Source: Polyangiaceae bacterium (lineage in GTDB: Bacteria > Myxococcota_A > Polyangia > Polyangiales > Polyangiaceae). From it: a stretch of 64,000 nucleotides of DNA. Below, piece after piece: positions 19,955-28,323 of the stretch. Each line of letters starts with the position of its first letter. Within the stretch, counting starts at the first letter, position 1. A model generated the notes under the pieces. That model did not search any database. It was not told the DNA's origin and was given only the letters and a program-made list of their open reading frames with translations. The position numbers and the translations under genes are program-made. The stretch lies in assembly GCA_965222375.1 (NCBI GenBank), contig CBDCTZ010000014.1:384001-448000 (forward strand), read 5' to 3'.

Positions 19955-21045
19955 CCCGGCTACTCGGCAGCATCCTCGCGCTCTTGCTACTGGTTGGCTG
20001 CGGCGGCGGTTCCAAGAGCGCCAGTGCGCCGGCACTGCCACCCGCCAATCCGCAAGCCGTCAGCAAGATGGCTCAGGGCGTGGCGGCCGCAAAAGAGCGG
20101 GGTGGGCGCGGCAGAGCCATCAAGTTGCTTCGAGAGGCCGTCAAGTTGGATCCGAACCTTTGGGAGGCACGCTACGATCTGGGGGTCTTGTTGGCTGAAG
20201 GCGGCGACTTGGACGGCGCGGAGAAGCAGCTGGCAGCAGCCTTCAAGTTGGCACCCAACGCTGAAGACGTCGTGGTTGCCCTTGGCGAAGTGCGTCGGCG
20301 CCAAGGAGACGCGGGCGGCGCCGCAGATGTGCTGAGCCAATTCGTCAAGCAGTTCCCCAAAGCCGTTGTTGCTCGGACTTCCCTCGTGAGCGCGTTGCGA
20401 GAGTCGGGCAAGGTCGATCAGGCCATCAAACACGCTCGCGAGGTCTTGGTGCGTCGCTCGAGCGACCCCAATGCTCTGGCGGAGCTGGCGATGTCTCACC
20501 TTCAGCGCGGCGAGATCGATACTGCGGAATTGCTGGTCAAGGAGGCGCTCAAGGCCGAGCCCGACAATGCGGTGGCGGAACGCACGGCAGGGCTGGTTGC
20601 TCTCAAGAAGGGTGATGACGCCGTCGCCTTTGGGCACTTTGCAAAGGCCAGTCGCCTGGACCCGAAGGACACGACGGCTCGATTGAACACTGGCACTGTG
20701 CTCCTGCAGGCCGGCGTCTATGACAAGTCGGCCGAGGAGTTCCGTGGGGTGCTGGCGGTCAAAGCGGATGACACGGCGGCGCAGCTGGGATTGGCGGCGT
20801 CCCTACGTGGAATGGGTTCTCGGGACAAGAAGGGGCCCTACCAGGAGGCCGAAAACGTCCTGAAGCAGGTACTGCAGCGTGAGCCGAAGAACATGAATGC
20901 GCTGTTCAACCTTGGTGTGTTGTATTCGGATTTCCTAGGGAGGCCCGCCGACGCGAAGCCGATTTTCGAGCGCTTCTTGGCCGCGTCACCCAAGAGCCAT
21001 CCCGCTCGCCGCTACGCCAAGAAGATCATCGCGGGTCAGAAATAG
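19951..21045 (+). CDS. TPR lipoprotein, GltE (AglT)/NfsE-like
   Basis: Lipobox LVGC, tandem TPRs (ARYDLGVLL, ARLNTGTVLL, ALFNLGVLY); GTGA overlap with the upstream gene. Confidence 0.75.
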   Translation: MTRLLGSILALLLLVGCGGGSKSASAPALPPANPQAVSKMAQGVAAAKERGGRGRAIKLLREAVKLDPNLWEARYDLGVLLAEGGDLDGAEKQLAAAFKLAPNAEDVVVALGEVRRRQGDAGGAADVLSQFVKQFPKAVVARTSLVSALRESGKVDQAIKHAREVLVRRSSDPNALAELAMSHLQRGEIDTAELLVKEALKAEPDNAVAERTAGLVALKKGDDAVAFGHFAKASRLDPKDTTARLNTGTVLLQAGVYDKSAEEFRGVLAVKADDTAAQLGLAASLRGMGSRDKKGPYQEAENVLKQVLQREPKNMNALFNLGVLYSDFLGRPADAKPIFERFLAASPKSHPARRYAKKIIAGQK

Positions 21046-21081
21046 GGTCGCACCGCTCCTGATTCCCCCAGCGCGCTGTCC

Positions 21082-22683
21082 TCAGGGCGAGGGCAACAGC
21101 GGGTGTTGGGCGAGCAGGTTTGAGAGCCCCATCAGCACCGGGTCCGGGAACGCGGAAGCAGCGCTGTCCAATTTGGCCTTGGCGTCAGCTAGCCGGCGCT
21201 TGTCCAAGGTCTTGAGGGACTCGGCATAGGCTTGGATTGCCAAGGCGCGCTTCAGTTTCTGGTGGTTGGGCGCGTCGAACAGGGATTGCAGCTTCACGAC
21301 GATCGGGACGTCGATGAACTCCGCATCCTGTCGTTTGTAGCGCACGGTGATGGTGATGTCTTGTGGGGACGAGGTCGGCAGTTTGCCGTCGCAGGTTCGC
21401 AGCTGATACAGGAAGCTGGCCACGGCTCCCGCGCCCATGTTCTGAGGTTTGGTTTGTGCAAAGTTGACGGTCTGCTCGGAAGCGCTGCGCACAATGCTGA
21501 AGTGCCAAGGCAGCAGCAGTTCTACGCGCACGTCACGCAGCTCGGTTTGCAGCATCGCGGGCAAATGTTGAGAGAAGACGGTGTCAGCCTCTTCCGCCTT
21601 GTCCAAGTACATGTAGTGACCGCGCCCGATCCAGGCCAGGGCGCGGAAAAAGCGGTCGCCATGTGCGCCCGCTCCCGGCAACGCGGGCTCCTCGAGAGCG
21701 GGGCCGACCGCGATGCTGTTGAGCACCACATCGAGGTTTTCGGCGGCCGCAGCGATCGGATCCGAGCTGATCGTACCGGGCGCATCGGCTCCATCCGTGA
21801 TCGCAAAGACCCGAGTTCCTTGGGCTAGCGGGCCACTCGCGTAGGCGTCCACAAGAGCCTGGGCAAAGGGGCGCTCACCATCCAAAATCGAGATCGCTGC
21901 GAGTTCCGCTAAGAGTTGATCCCGGGGCGCGCCCGGCTCCGCGGACAGCTTCGCCGAGGCATCCGTCGTGCGGACTTGCACCGCCGTCTTTTCTGGCAGT
22001 TTGCTGATCAGAGAGGCCGCCGCGTACTTCCCGCGCTCCAGCCCTTCCGGAGTCATGGATTGGGACGTATCGAGCACGACCACGACTGCCGGGGGCGACA
22101 CTAGTTGAGTGTTGGGTGCTTGTACTGCGACGAAGAGGTCGTACTCCGTGGGTGAGTTTTGCCCGCCACTGGTTGAGCGGGGGGCCATTTCCACCATGAT
22201 CTTCGGCGCGTTGGGATCCGCTCCGTTGGCGGGCGCCATTGGCGAGTCGAAGTCCGGTGGGTAGTAGTTGAGTAGATCCTGGGTTCGCACGTGCTGCGGC
22301 AGCGGAGCGATTCCTTGCATCAAGAGTTCCCGCGTGAGTTCAGCACTGGCGAAACTGCTTCCGCTGCCGAGAGAGCTCTCGATGATTCGTGACTTGCCCG
22401 ACAGCAGCCCACAGCTCTCGTCGAGGCTGGAGCTGCCTCCGGCGGCCCCTGCGGCCGTGACGTCCTCTGCCTCCGAGTAGCCGCCACTCTCCTCACTGCC
22501 GTCCCCGATAGGGGTGCAGTCCGTGCACTTGCTGGGAGTGCCCCCTGCTCCTGCGCCACCGGAGGATGCCGCCCCCGCACCGAAGTTGTTCCTGTCGTCT
22601 GAACTCCCCTCTTGGGCGCCACATGAGGTGAGGGCGGCGAGGGCAAGAAGAGGCGCGTGGCGGCGGAGTGAATGGGCTAGCAT
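21082..22683 (-). CDS. vWA-domain lipoprotein (YfbK-like)
   Basis: Lipobox LTSC, VRTQDLLNYY, MIDAS DTSQSM, ITDG; GAGGAG RBS. Confidence 0.8.
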   Translation of the reverse strand: MLAHSLRRHAPLLALAALTSCGAQEGSSDDRNNFGAGAASSGGAGAGGTPSKCTDCTPIGDGSEESGGYSEAEDVTAAGAAGGSSSLDESCGLLSGKSRIIESSLGSGSSFASAELTRELLMQGIAPLPQHVRTQDLLNYYPPDFDSPMAPANGADPNAPKIMVEMAPRSTSGGQNSPTEYDLFVAVQAPNTQLVSPPAVVVVLDTSQSMTPEGLERGKYAAASLISKLPEKTAVQVRTTDASAKLSAEPGAPRDQLLAELAAISILDGERPFAQALVDAYASGPLAQGTRVFAITDGADAPGTISSDPIAAAAENLDVVLNSIAVGPALEEPALPGAGAHGDRFFRALAWIGRGHYMYLDKAEEADTVFSQHLPAMLQTELRDVRVELLLPWHFSIVRSASEQTVNFAQTKPQNMGAGAVASFLYQLRTCDGKLPTSSPQDITITVRYKRQDAEFIDVPIVVKLQSLFDAPNHQKLKRALAIQAYAESLKTLDKRRLADAKAKLDSAASAFPDPVLMGLSNLLAQHPLLPSP

Positions 22684-22722
22684 GATTCTGCTCCTCGGAG
22701 ATTCTACGACACGCTGTTGAGA

Positions 22723-22738
22723 TGCACACGCCGTGCCG
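22723..22738 (-). promoter_or_regulatory. Putative sigma54 (-24/-12) promoter of the vWA lipoprotein gene
   Basis: Minus strand CGGCACGGCGTGTGCA with GG and GC 12 nt apart, about 40 bp upstream of the ATG. Confidence 0.55.
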
Positions 22739-22799
22739 TCGATAAATGCCGGATCTCAGCGCATATCCTACATAAACCCACTGATCTCGGATCCCAGAC

Positions 22800-22815
22800 T
22801 GGCACATTTGTGCCA
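22800..22815. promoter_or_regulatory. Perfect inverted repeat in divergent intergenic region (candidate activator site)
   Basis: TGGCACA-TT-TGTGCCA. Confidence 0.45.
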
Positions 22816-22912
22816 AGCGTCCCGAGTTGACGACATCGTGCCACACGATCTTACATGTGCCGTCGCGCCTGACGGAGTCCTGTCTGGCACGAAAATCCGT
22901 GGAGTGGGCGCC

Positions 22913-24115
22913 ATGAATACTCGAGGGTCTGCAATTGTGGCCGCGTTGGGTGCCGTTGTCGGCCTGGTTTTCGCGATGACGTCCACTTTGGACTACGCCT
23001 CGCACCTGGACCGTCGCTTACACGACGTGACCTGTAGCTTCATCCCGGGGGCATCTGCGACCTCCGAAGCTGAAGCGTGTCGAACGGCGATGTACAGTTC
23101 GTATTCTTCGATCCTCCGAGATACGTATTGGGGTGGCATTCCGATTTCACTCTTTGCCGTGGGTGCCTTCTCTTTTTTCGCTGGGTTCGCGGTCTATCTG
23201 GCCGTGGCCGGGCCGAACGCGCCTCGCAGAGGTGTGCTCTTCTTCGCGGTGACCGGGATCACACCAGCGCTGGTGTCGATCGGGATGTTCATCATCTCCG
23301 CCACGCGCCTCGGAACATTCTGCAAGACCTGCGTCGGCATCTACATCGCGTCGTTTTTGCTCGCGGTGGGAGCTCTGGCGAGCCTGGCGGGTTTGCGAGA
23401 GTTGACGAAGGAAGGGCAGCCACGAGAGGCCGGTAGCTTTGCTCTCGTGCTGGCGTGGTTGCCTGCGCTGGCGGCGGTGACGCTGCTGCCCGGCGTGGTG
23501 TATGCCAGTACCGTGCCCGACCACCGTCCCTATCTTGCCAGTTGCGGGGAATTGAAACAGCAGCCCAGAGAAAAGGACAAGCTGGTTCATCTGCCCGGCC
23601 GTAGCCCGGTCAAACCAGCCCTGTTCTTCGAAGATCCTTTGTGCCCGACCTGCAAAGCGTTTCATGCCCGGTTGAAAGGTGAGGGCGTTCTCGATCGGCT
23701 GGACATCAAACTTGCACTTTTCCCTCTCGACCCGACCTGCAACTGGATGCTCGATACACCTTTGCATCCGGGGGCGTGCACTCTGAGCAAGGCCGTCATC
23801 TGTGGAGGCGCTCGCAGCATGCAAGTTCTGGAATGGTCCTATGACGAACAAGAGCGTCTCGGCCGTGCTGGCAAGGCCGGTGAGGCCGTGCTGAAGGCCG
23901 CAATCGTGCAGCGCTGGGGTGCCGAGATGGGCAAGTGCATCGACAAGCCACAGACCAAGACGCGGCTCAATGCTCACCTACACTTTGCTGTGGCCAATGC
24001 GGTTCCCGTGTCAACGCCGCAGGTGTACCTGGACAAGACGCGGATCTGTGATGAAGACACCGACATTGGGCTTCGCTACACGCTGAAGCATCTGGCTCCG
24101 GAGGTCCTACAGTGA
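22913..24115 (+). CDS. VKOR-DsbA/thioredoxin-fold fusion protein
   Basis: Loop cysteines (TCSF...EACR..YSSYS), TM CKTC motif, C-terminal FEDPLCPTC and STP; start reassigned to ATG 22913. Confidence 0.85.
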   Translation: MNTRGSAIVAALGAVVGLVFAMTSTLDYASHLDRRLHDVTCSFIPGASATSEAEACRTAMYSSYSSILRDTYWGGIPISLFAVGAFSFFAGFAVYLAVAGPNAPRRGVLFFAVTGITPALVSIGMFIISATRLGTFCKTCVGIYIASFLLAVGALASLAGLRELTKEGQPREAGSFALVLAWLPALAAVTLLPGVVYASTVPDHRPYLASCGELKQQPREKDKLVHLPGRSPVKPALFFEDPLCPTCKAFHARLKGEGVLDRLDIKLALFPLDPTCNWMLDTPLHPGACTLSKAVICGGARSMQVLEWSYDEQERLGRAGKAGEAVLKAAIVQRWGAEMGKCIDKPQTKTRLNAHLHFAVANAVPVSTPQVYLDKTRICDEDTDIGLRYTLKHLAPEVLQ

Positions 24116-24810
24116 GCGCGCGTGTCGTCGCGCCAGTCGTTGGTGGTGTTGTCGCCGCGCTGCTGCTCGTTGGGTCGACGCTGTGGGTTCGGCAACACGT
24201 GGCCAAGGCTGGGGAGCGACTGTTGACGCCCGAGGCGGAGAAACGCAAGGTCGCGGTGGCGGCTGATGCAGAAGTTGCCTACTGCACGCCCCGATTCAAG
24301 CAGGTCCTGGAGCGCGTGCTGCACTCCTGCGGCCTGGCCACGGAAGCGCGGCGCGGCTGCAAGCCAGCGGACGTAAAGACCTTCGCTTCCATCAGCGACG
24401 CCGACTTCAACGAGCTCTTTCACCCGCTCAAGGAACGCGGCGGAGTGATCATGTTTGATGTGGGCAAGGAAGACCTCGACCAACTTGCCAGGAAGCTGCT
24501 TACGGAGCGATTCACGGATCGCAAGGGGGCGCGCTACTTCTTTGTCGTTGCCCGAGCATCCAAGACGGGAACCCCACAAAAAAATCGGGCGCTTTCCCAC
24601 CGTCGCGCCAATTCGGTCATGTACGCTCTGAAGGAGCTTTCCAAGGACCCGGACATCGAGAAGAAGGTGGGGTTGCTGTGGCTTGGAAACGAATTCGCCC
24701 AATTGTCCAAGGAGTACTGCGAATGGCCCAATTCGCGACCGACCGAAAAATGCGACGCCGACGCAATCAACCGAACCGCCTTCGTTTCCTGGGTCGACTG
24801 CCGGCTCTGA
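24112..24810 (+). CDS. Membrane-anchored Cys-rich protein with degenerate OmpA-like domain
   Basis: N-terminal TM; IMFDVGK..L, ARASKTG..QKNRALSHRRANSV, INR; six Cys. Confidence 0.65.
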   Translation: MSARVVAPVVGGVVAALLLVGSTLWVRQHVAKAGERLLTPEAEKRKVAVAADAEVAYCTPRFKQVLERVLHSCGLATEARRGCKPADVKTFASISDADFNELFHPLKERGGVIMFDVGKEDLDQLARKLLTERFTDRKGARYFFVVARASKTGTPQKNRALSHRRANSVMYALKELSKDPDIEKKVGLLWLGNEFAQLSKEYCEWPNSRPTEKCDADAINRTAFVSWVDCRL

Positions 24811-25466
24811 CGGCTCTGACGGCGTCGATTCTCAGCGGCCAGCTCGGCTGCGACGACAAGAAGCCAGGGTCGCCGACGGCAACCCGGTCTCGTAGCCAGG
24901 CGATTGTGGCGTCGGCTGCGGTCACACCTTCGAAACCCGAAGCGAGCGAAAAGAAGGCAGAGCTTCCGAAGCCCAAACGGGTGCTCTGTCAGGGCAAGCT
25001 GGACCCGTCTGGTCGCGACGTTCCGCTCGCCACCTTCGAAAGCGCCGCTGTGCAAGGGGCGCCCGCTGCGCCGAAAAAGCTCTCCGGCGATGGCTGGGTC
25101 TGGGTGAACTTTTGGGCCGCATGGTGTGCTCCCTGCAAGGAAGAGATCCCCCGGCTCAAGGGCTGGGAGTCAGAGCTGCGCAAGCAAGGACTGTCGTTTC
25201 GCATCGCCTTCGTGTCCTTGGATGACGACGAACGGCAGCTGAGAGAATTGCTGGCGTCGCAGCCCAGGCGTGGGCTTCGCAGCACCCTTTGGCTGAGGGA
25301 AGGGAAGGGGCGCACGGACTTCATGAAAGCAGCTGGTTTGGGCGAGGACCCGGAGCTGCCAGCGCACTTCTTGGTCGACCCAACCGGCAAGATCCGCTGT
25401 GCCTTCGCAGGAGCCGTAGAGGATTCGGACTTCGACACCCTGAAGAAGCTCGTCGGCAAGGGCTGA
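24750..25466 (+). CDS. TlpA-family thiol:disulfide oxidoreductase (probable lipoprotein)
   Basis: WVNFWAAWCAPCKEEIP, VSLD, LPAHFLVDP; QLGC lipobox-like site; start uncertain. Confidence 0.85.
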   Translation: MRRRRNQPNRLRFLGRLPALTALTASILSGQLGCDDKKPGSPTATRSRSQAIVASAAVTPSKPEASEKKAELPKPKRVLCQGKLDPSGRDVPLATFESAAVQGAPAAPKKLSGDGWVWVNFWAAWCAPCKEEIPRLKGWESELRKQGLSFRIAFVSLDDDERQLRELLASQPRRGLRSTLWLREGKGRTDFMKAAGLGEDPELPAHFLVDPTGKIRCAFAGAVEDSDFDTLKKLVGKG

Positions 25467-25485
25467 AGGTTGCTGCCGAGTCGGT

Positions 25486-26232
25486 TCAGGCGGGTCGAGT
25501 AGCGAGTTGGCGCCAGTCTCGCTCGATGCTGTCGACCTTGGTCGCAACGGCTTCCAGACGATCCGAAGTTGTTCGAGGGACCGCGACTCCACACTCCCCT
25601 GCTAACTCGACCAGGTAGTCGATCCAGGCTCCGTGCCCCGTGGCTTCGGCGAGACGAAGCGCATATTCGTAGGCTTGGATCACGACCTCGGGATCAATGG
25701 CGCGCTTGCGTCGGGCGTCGCCCAGAATCTGATCCATGTAGGGCTCGAGAATTCGAAGCACCTCGTCGGTCTGACCCGACTCTAGAGCGATCTCAGCGGT
25801 GGGGCCAAGGAGAGCAAAGACGCTCGCGCTGCCCGTCGTATTGCTGTCTGAGTCCTGGCGCTGCCGATGGCGGGGCACTTCCGCGGAAGTCGTGGCGTTG
25901 CGGGCGCCACGAGGTGGGTTTTCGCCGCGATAAAGCCACAGCAACTGGGTGCCAATTCGGATTCGCGCGCCGGCGGTCAATTCGCGCCGCCCGCTGATGC
26001 GCTGCTCATCGACGAACGTGCCGTTGGTACTCCCCAAGTCCTCGATGATCACCCGAGAGTCCTCCAGAAACACGCGAGCATGTGTTCTGCTGACGAGCGC
26101 GTCTTCACCAAAGCGAAGGTGGCAACCGAGGTCGCGACCCGCCACCAACTCTGTGCTGGTGAGGGGAGTGTCTCCGCTCGGACAGCGCAGCCACCACTTG
26201 CCGCGCTTGCTGGGGCTGGAGGAAGGCACCAC
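25486..26232 (-). CDS. FHA-domain protein
   Basis: AGRDLGC.....DALVSRTHA...[12 protein letters not shown]...IRIG. Confidence 0.85.
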   Translation of the reverse strand: MVPSSSPSKRGKWWLRCPSGDTPLTSTELVAGRDLGCHLRFGEDALVSRTHARVFLEDSRVIIEDLGSTNGTFVDEQRISGRRELTAGARIRIGTQLLWLYRGENPPRGARNATTSAEVPRHRQRQDSDSNTTGSASVFALLGPTAEIALESGQTDEVLRILEPYMDQILGDARRKRAIDPEVVIQAYEYALRLAEATGHGAWIDYLVELAGECGVAVPRTTSDRLEAVATKVDSIERDWRQLATRPA

Positions 26233-26359
26233 CCCAAGATCGCAAGACCAGCGCGTCGCCGCAAGAGTCTGTTGTACCCGCGGCCTCTAAGTCCGCGCGG
26301 GCCAGCGGTTTATGCTTGGCCTCGGCTGACAATGCTGAGCCAGTCGGGTGATGATATGA

Positions 26360-27052
26360 GGTCTAGACACCGCCGCGGATGTCATTGTCACTATCGACAC
26401 CCATGGTATTATCGAGGCGGCGAACCCAGCCCTCCAGGCGCTCTTTGGCTTTGAGCCGGCGGAGCTTTTGGGTCGGAACGTTTCCGTACTGATGCCCACG
26501 CCCCACCGGGAGCAGCACGACGGCTACCTCGCAACCTACCTGTCAACGGGTCAGCGCAAGATTATCGGTGTCGGACGCGAGGTCGAAGGTCGCCGAAAGG
26601 ACGTGACGACCTTCCCCATGGACCTTGTGGTGAGCGAGTTCCACGTAGCCGGTCGACACAAGGTTACGGGCGTGATCAGAGACATCACGGAGCGTAAGCA
26701 GGTCGAGCGGCTCAAAGACGAGTTTGTCCCCACGGTCAATCACGAGCTCCGCACTCCTTTGACATCGATTCGAGGTGCTAGTCGACCCGGATCGCCCCAG
26801 GTGCTCGACAACCTGCTATCTAACGCCGCGAAGTATTCACCTGCGAGCTGCGCTGTGGAGGTCCAGGTTCGGTCTTTGGGTGATGAGTTGGAGGTCTCCG
26901 CTGGTGGCTGTCGCTTCCTCTTGCGGCTTCCGAGAAACGTGGCCGCCCCAATTCTGCATTCAGACCTTCCGGGTAGCTGGGACGATGAGGTCTTGCCGTT
27001 AGTCGTATTCTCCGCGCCGTCGCCTGGTGTCGTGCCAGAATCCTGCGAGTGA
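26360..27052 (+). pseudogene. Degenerate FixL-like PAS-histidine kinase relic
   Basis: Frame open from 26360 after a TGA with no standard start until 26468; intact-looking heme-PAS (HDGYL..Y..TG...IIG.GREV.GRRKD), H-box HELRTPL and N-box QVLDNLLSNAAKYS; inter-box segment and G1/F/G2 boxes missing. Confidence 0.75.
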
Positions 27053-28215
27053 GCGTTCGGACTCTCGAGCTGGCCGGAGATATGGAGCACGCACTGCGGG
27101 CAGGGCACCCGTGGATCTACCGGGACCACATCCCACGGGGTTTCGCCGCTGCATCGGGATCGTGGCTACGAGTTCGCGCGGGAGAAAGCCTGGCGTGGGG
27201 GCTCTGGAGTAGCGAATCCGCCATCGCGCTGCGCATCTTCTCCACGCGAAACCGTCCCAACGCCGCGTGGGTACGCGCGCGGCTGCAAGACGCGCTTTCT
27301 CTGCGCCGGCTCGCGCTGTCCGAGGATACGACAGCGTTTCGATTGCTCTTTGGCGAGGGCGATGGGGTGCCGGGTGTGACTGTCGACATCTATGGCAAGC
27401 ACGCCGTGATTGCGAGCTACGCCGATGGTCTGGATGAAGTCGTGCGCTGGGTGGAACTCGGGATCGCGGATCTGCTCGCGCCGGTGAGCGTCGCTCACAA
27501 GCGCCACGATCAGGCAAGAGGTGAAGACGAGCTTCTGCGGGGCAAGTCGCTGCCGAGGGATCTCGTCGTGCTCGAGAATGGGATTCGCTTCCGCGTCAAC
27601 TTGGAGCAAGCACAGAAGACTGGGCTGTTCCTGGACCATCGAGACAACCGGAGCGTGGTTGCTCGCTTTGCCGGTGGACGCAACGTCCTGAACCTCTTTT
27701 CCTACACGGGAGCGTTTTCCGTCTATGCCGCTCGCTCCGGGGCGCGGCATGTCACTACTGTAGACGTCGCTCCGGGTGTGGTTGAGGCGGCGCGAGAAAA
27801 CTTCCGGCTAAATGGGTTGGACCCAGACACGCACAAATTCGTGGTCGCGGATGCCTTCGAGTGGACCAAGTCCGCCCGACAAGACGGTTGTCGCTGGGAC
27901 TTGATCGTCTGCGATCCGCCGTCCTTCGCACGCCGCAGGCAGCATCGAAGTCAGGCGTTGAAAGCATATCGCAAACTGAACTCTTCGGTCTTGCGGCTGA
28001 CCGAGTTGGGGGGATTCCTGGCTACTGCCAGCTGCACCGCCCAGGTCGAACCCGCTGCGTTTCAGCGTGTTGTCGCAGAGGCGGCACTTCGCGCTCGCCG
28101 CCGCTTTCAAATATTTGGGGACGCCGGCCACGCTTGCGATCACCCGCTGCTGGCGCAGCACCCAGAGGGACGCTATCTGAAGTTCCTGTTCGGTCGGGTC
28201 CTAAAGACCCCGTGA
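27049..28215 (+). CDS. Class I SAM-dependent rRNA methyltransferase (RlmI/RlmK family)
   Basis: GHPWIY, GEGDGVPG.TVD.Y, QKTGLFLDHR.NR, VLNLFSYTGAF, DLIVCDPPSF, EGRYLK. Confidence 0.9.
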   Translation: MSVRTLELAGDMEHALRAGHPWIYRDHIPRGFAAASGSWLRVRAGESLAWGLWSSESAIALRIFSTRNRPNAAWVRARLQDALSLRRLALSEDTTAFRLLFGEGDGVPGVTVDIYGKHAVIASYADGLDEVVRWVELGIADLLAPVSVAHKRHDQARGEDELLRGKSLPRDLVVLENGIRFRVNLEQAQKTGLFLDHRDNRSVVARFAGGRNVLNLFSYTGAFSVYAARSGARHVTTVDVAPGVVEAARENFRLNGLDPDTHKFVVADAFEWTKSARQDGCRWDLIVCDPPSFARRRQHRSQALKAYRKLNSSVLRLTELGGFLATASCTAQVEPAAFQRVVAEAALRARRRFQIFGDAGHACDHPLLAQHPEGRYLKFLFGRVLKTP

Positions 28216-28323
28216 GGTGGTTCGGACCCGGCTCCCACATTGGCCCGACCCATCAACACAAAAGATGCGGCGCCCGCACCACTGGTGGGGAGCGGGCGCC
28301 ATGCCTCGGGGCGAGCCCCGCTA

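Noticed and set aside
24802..24823. 9-bp tandem duplication GGCTCTGAC x2 at a gene overlap
   Set aside because: Only two copies and in frame; too short to argue for phase variation
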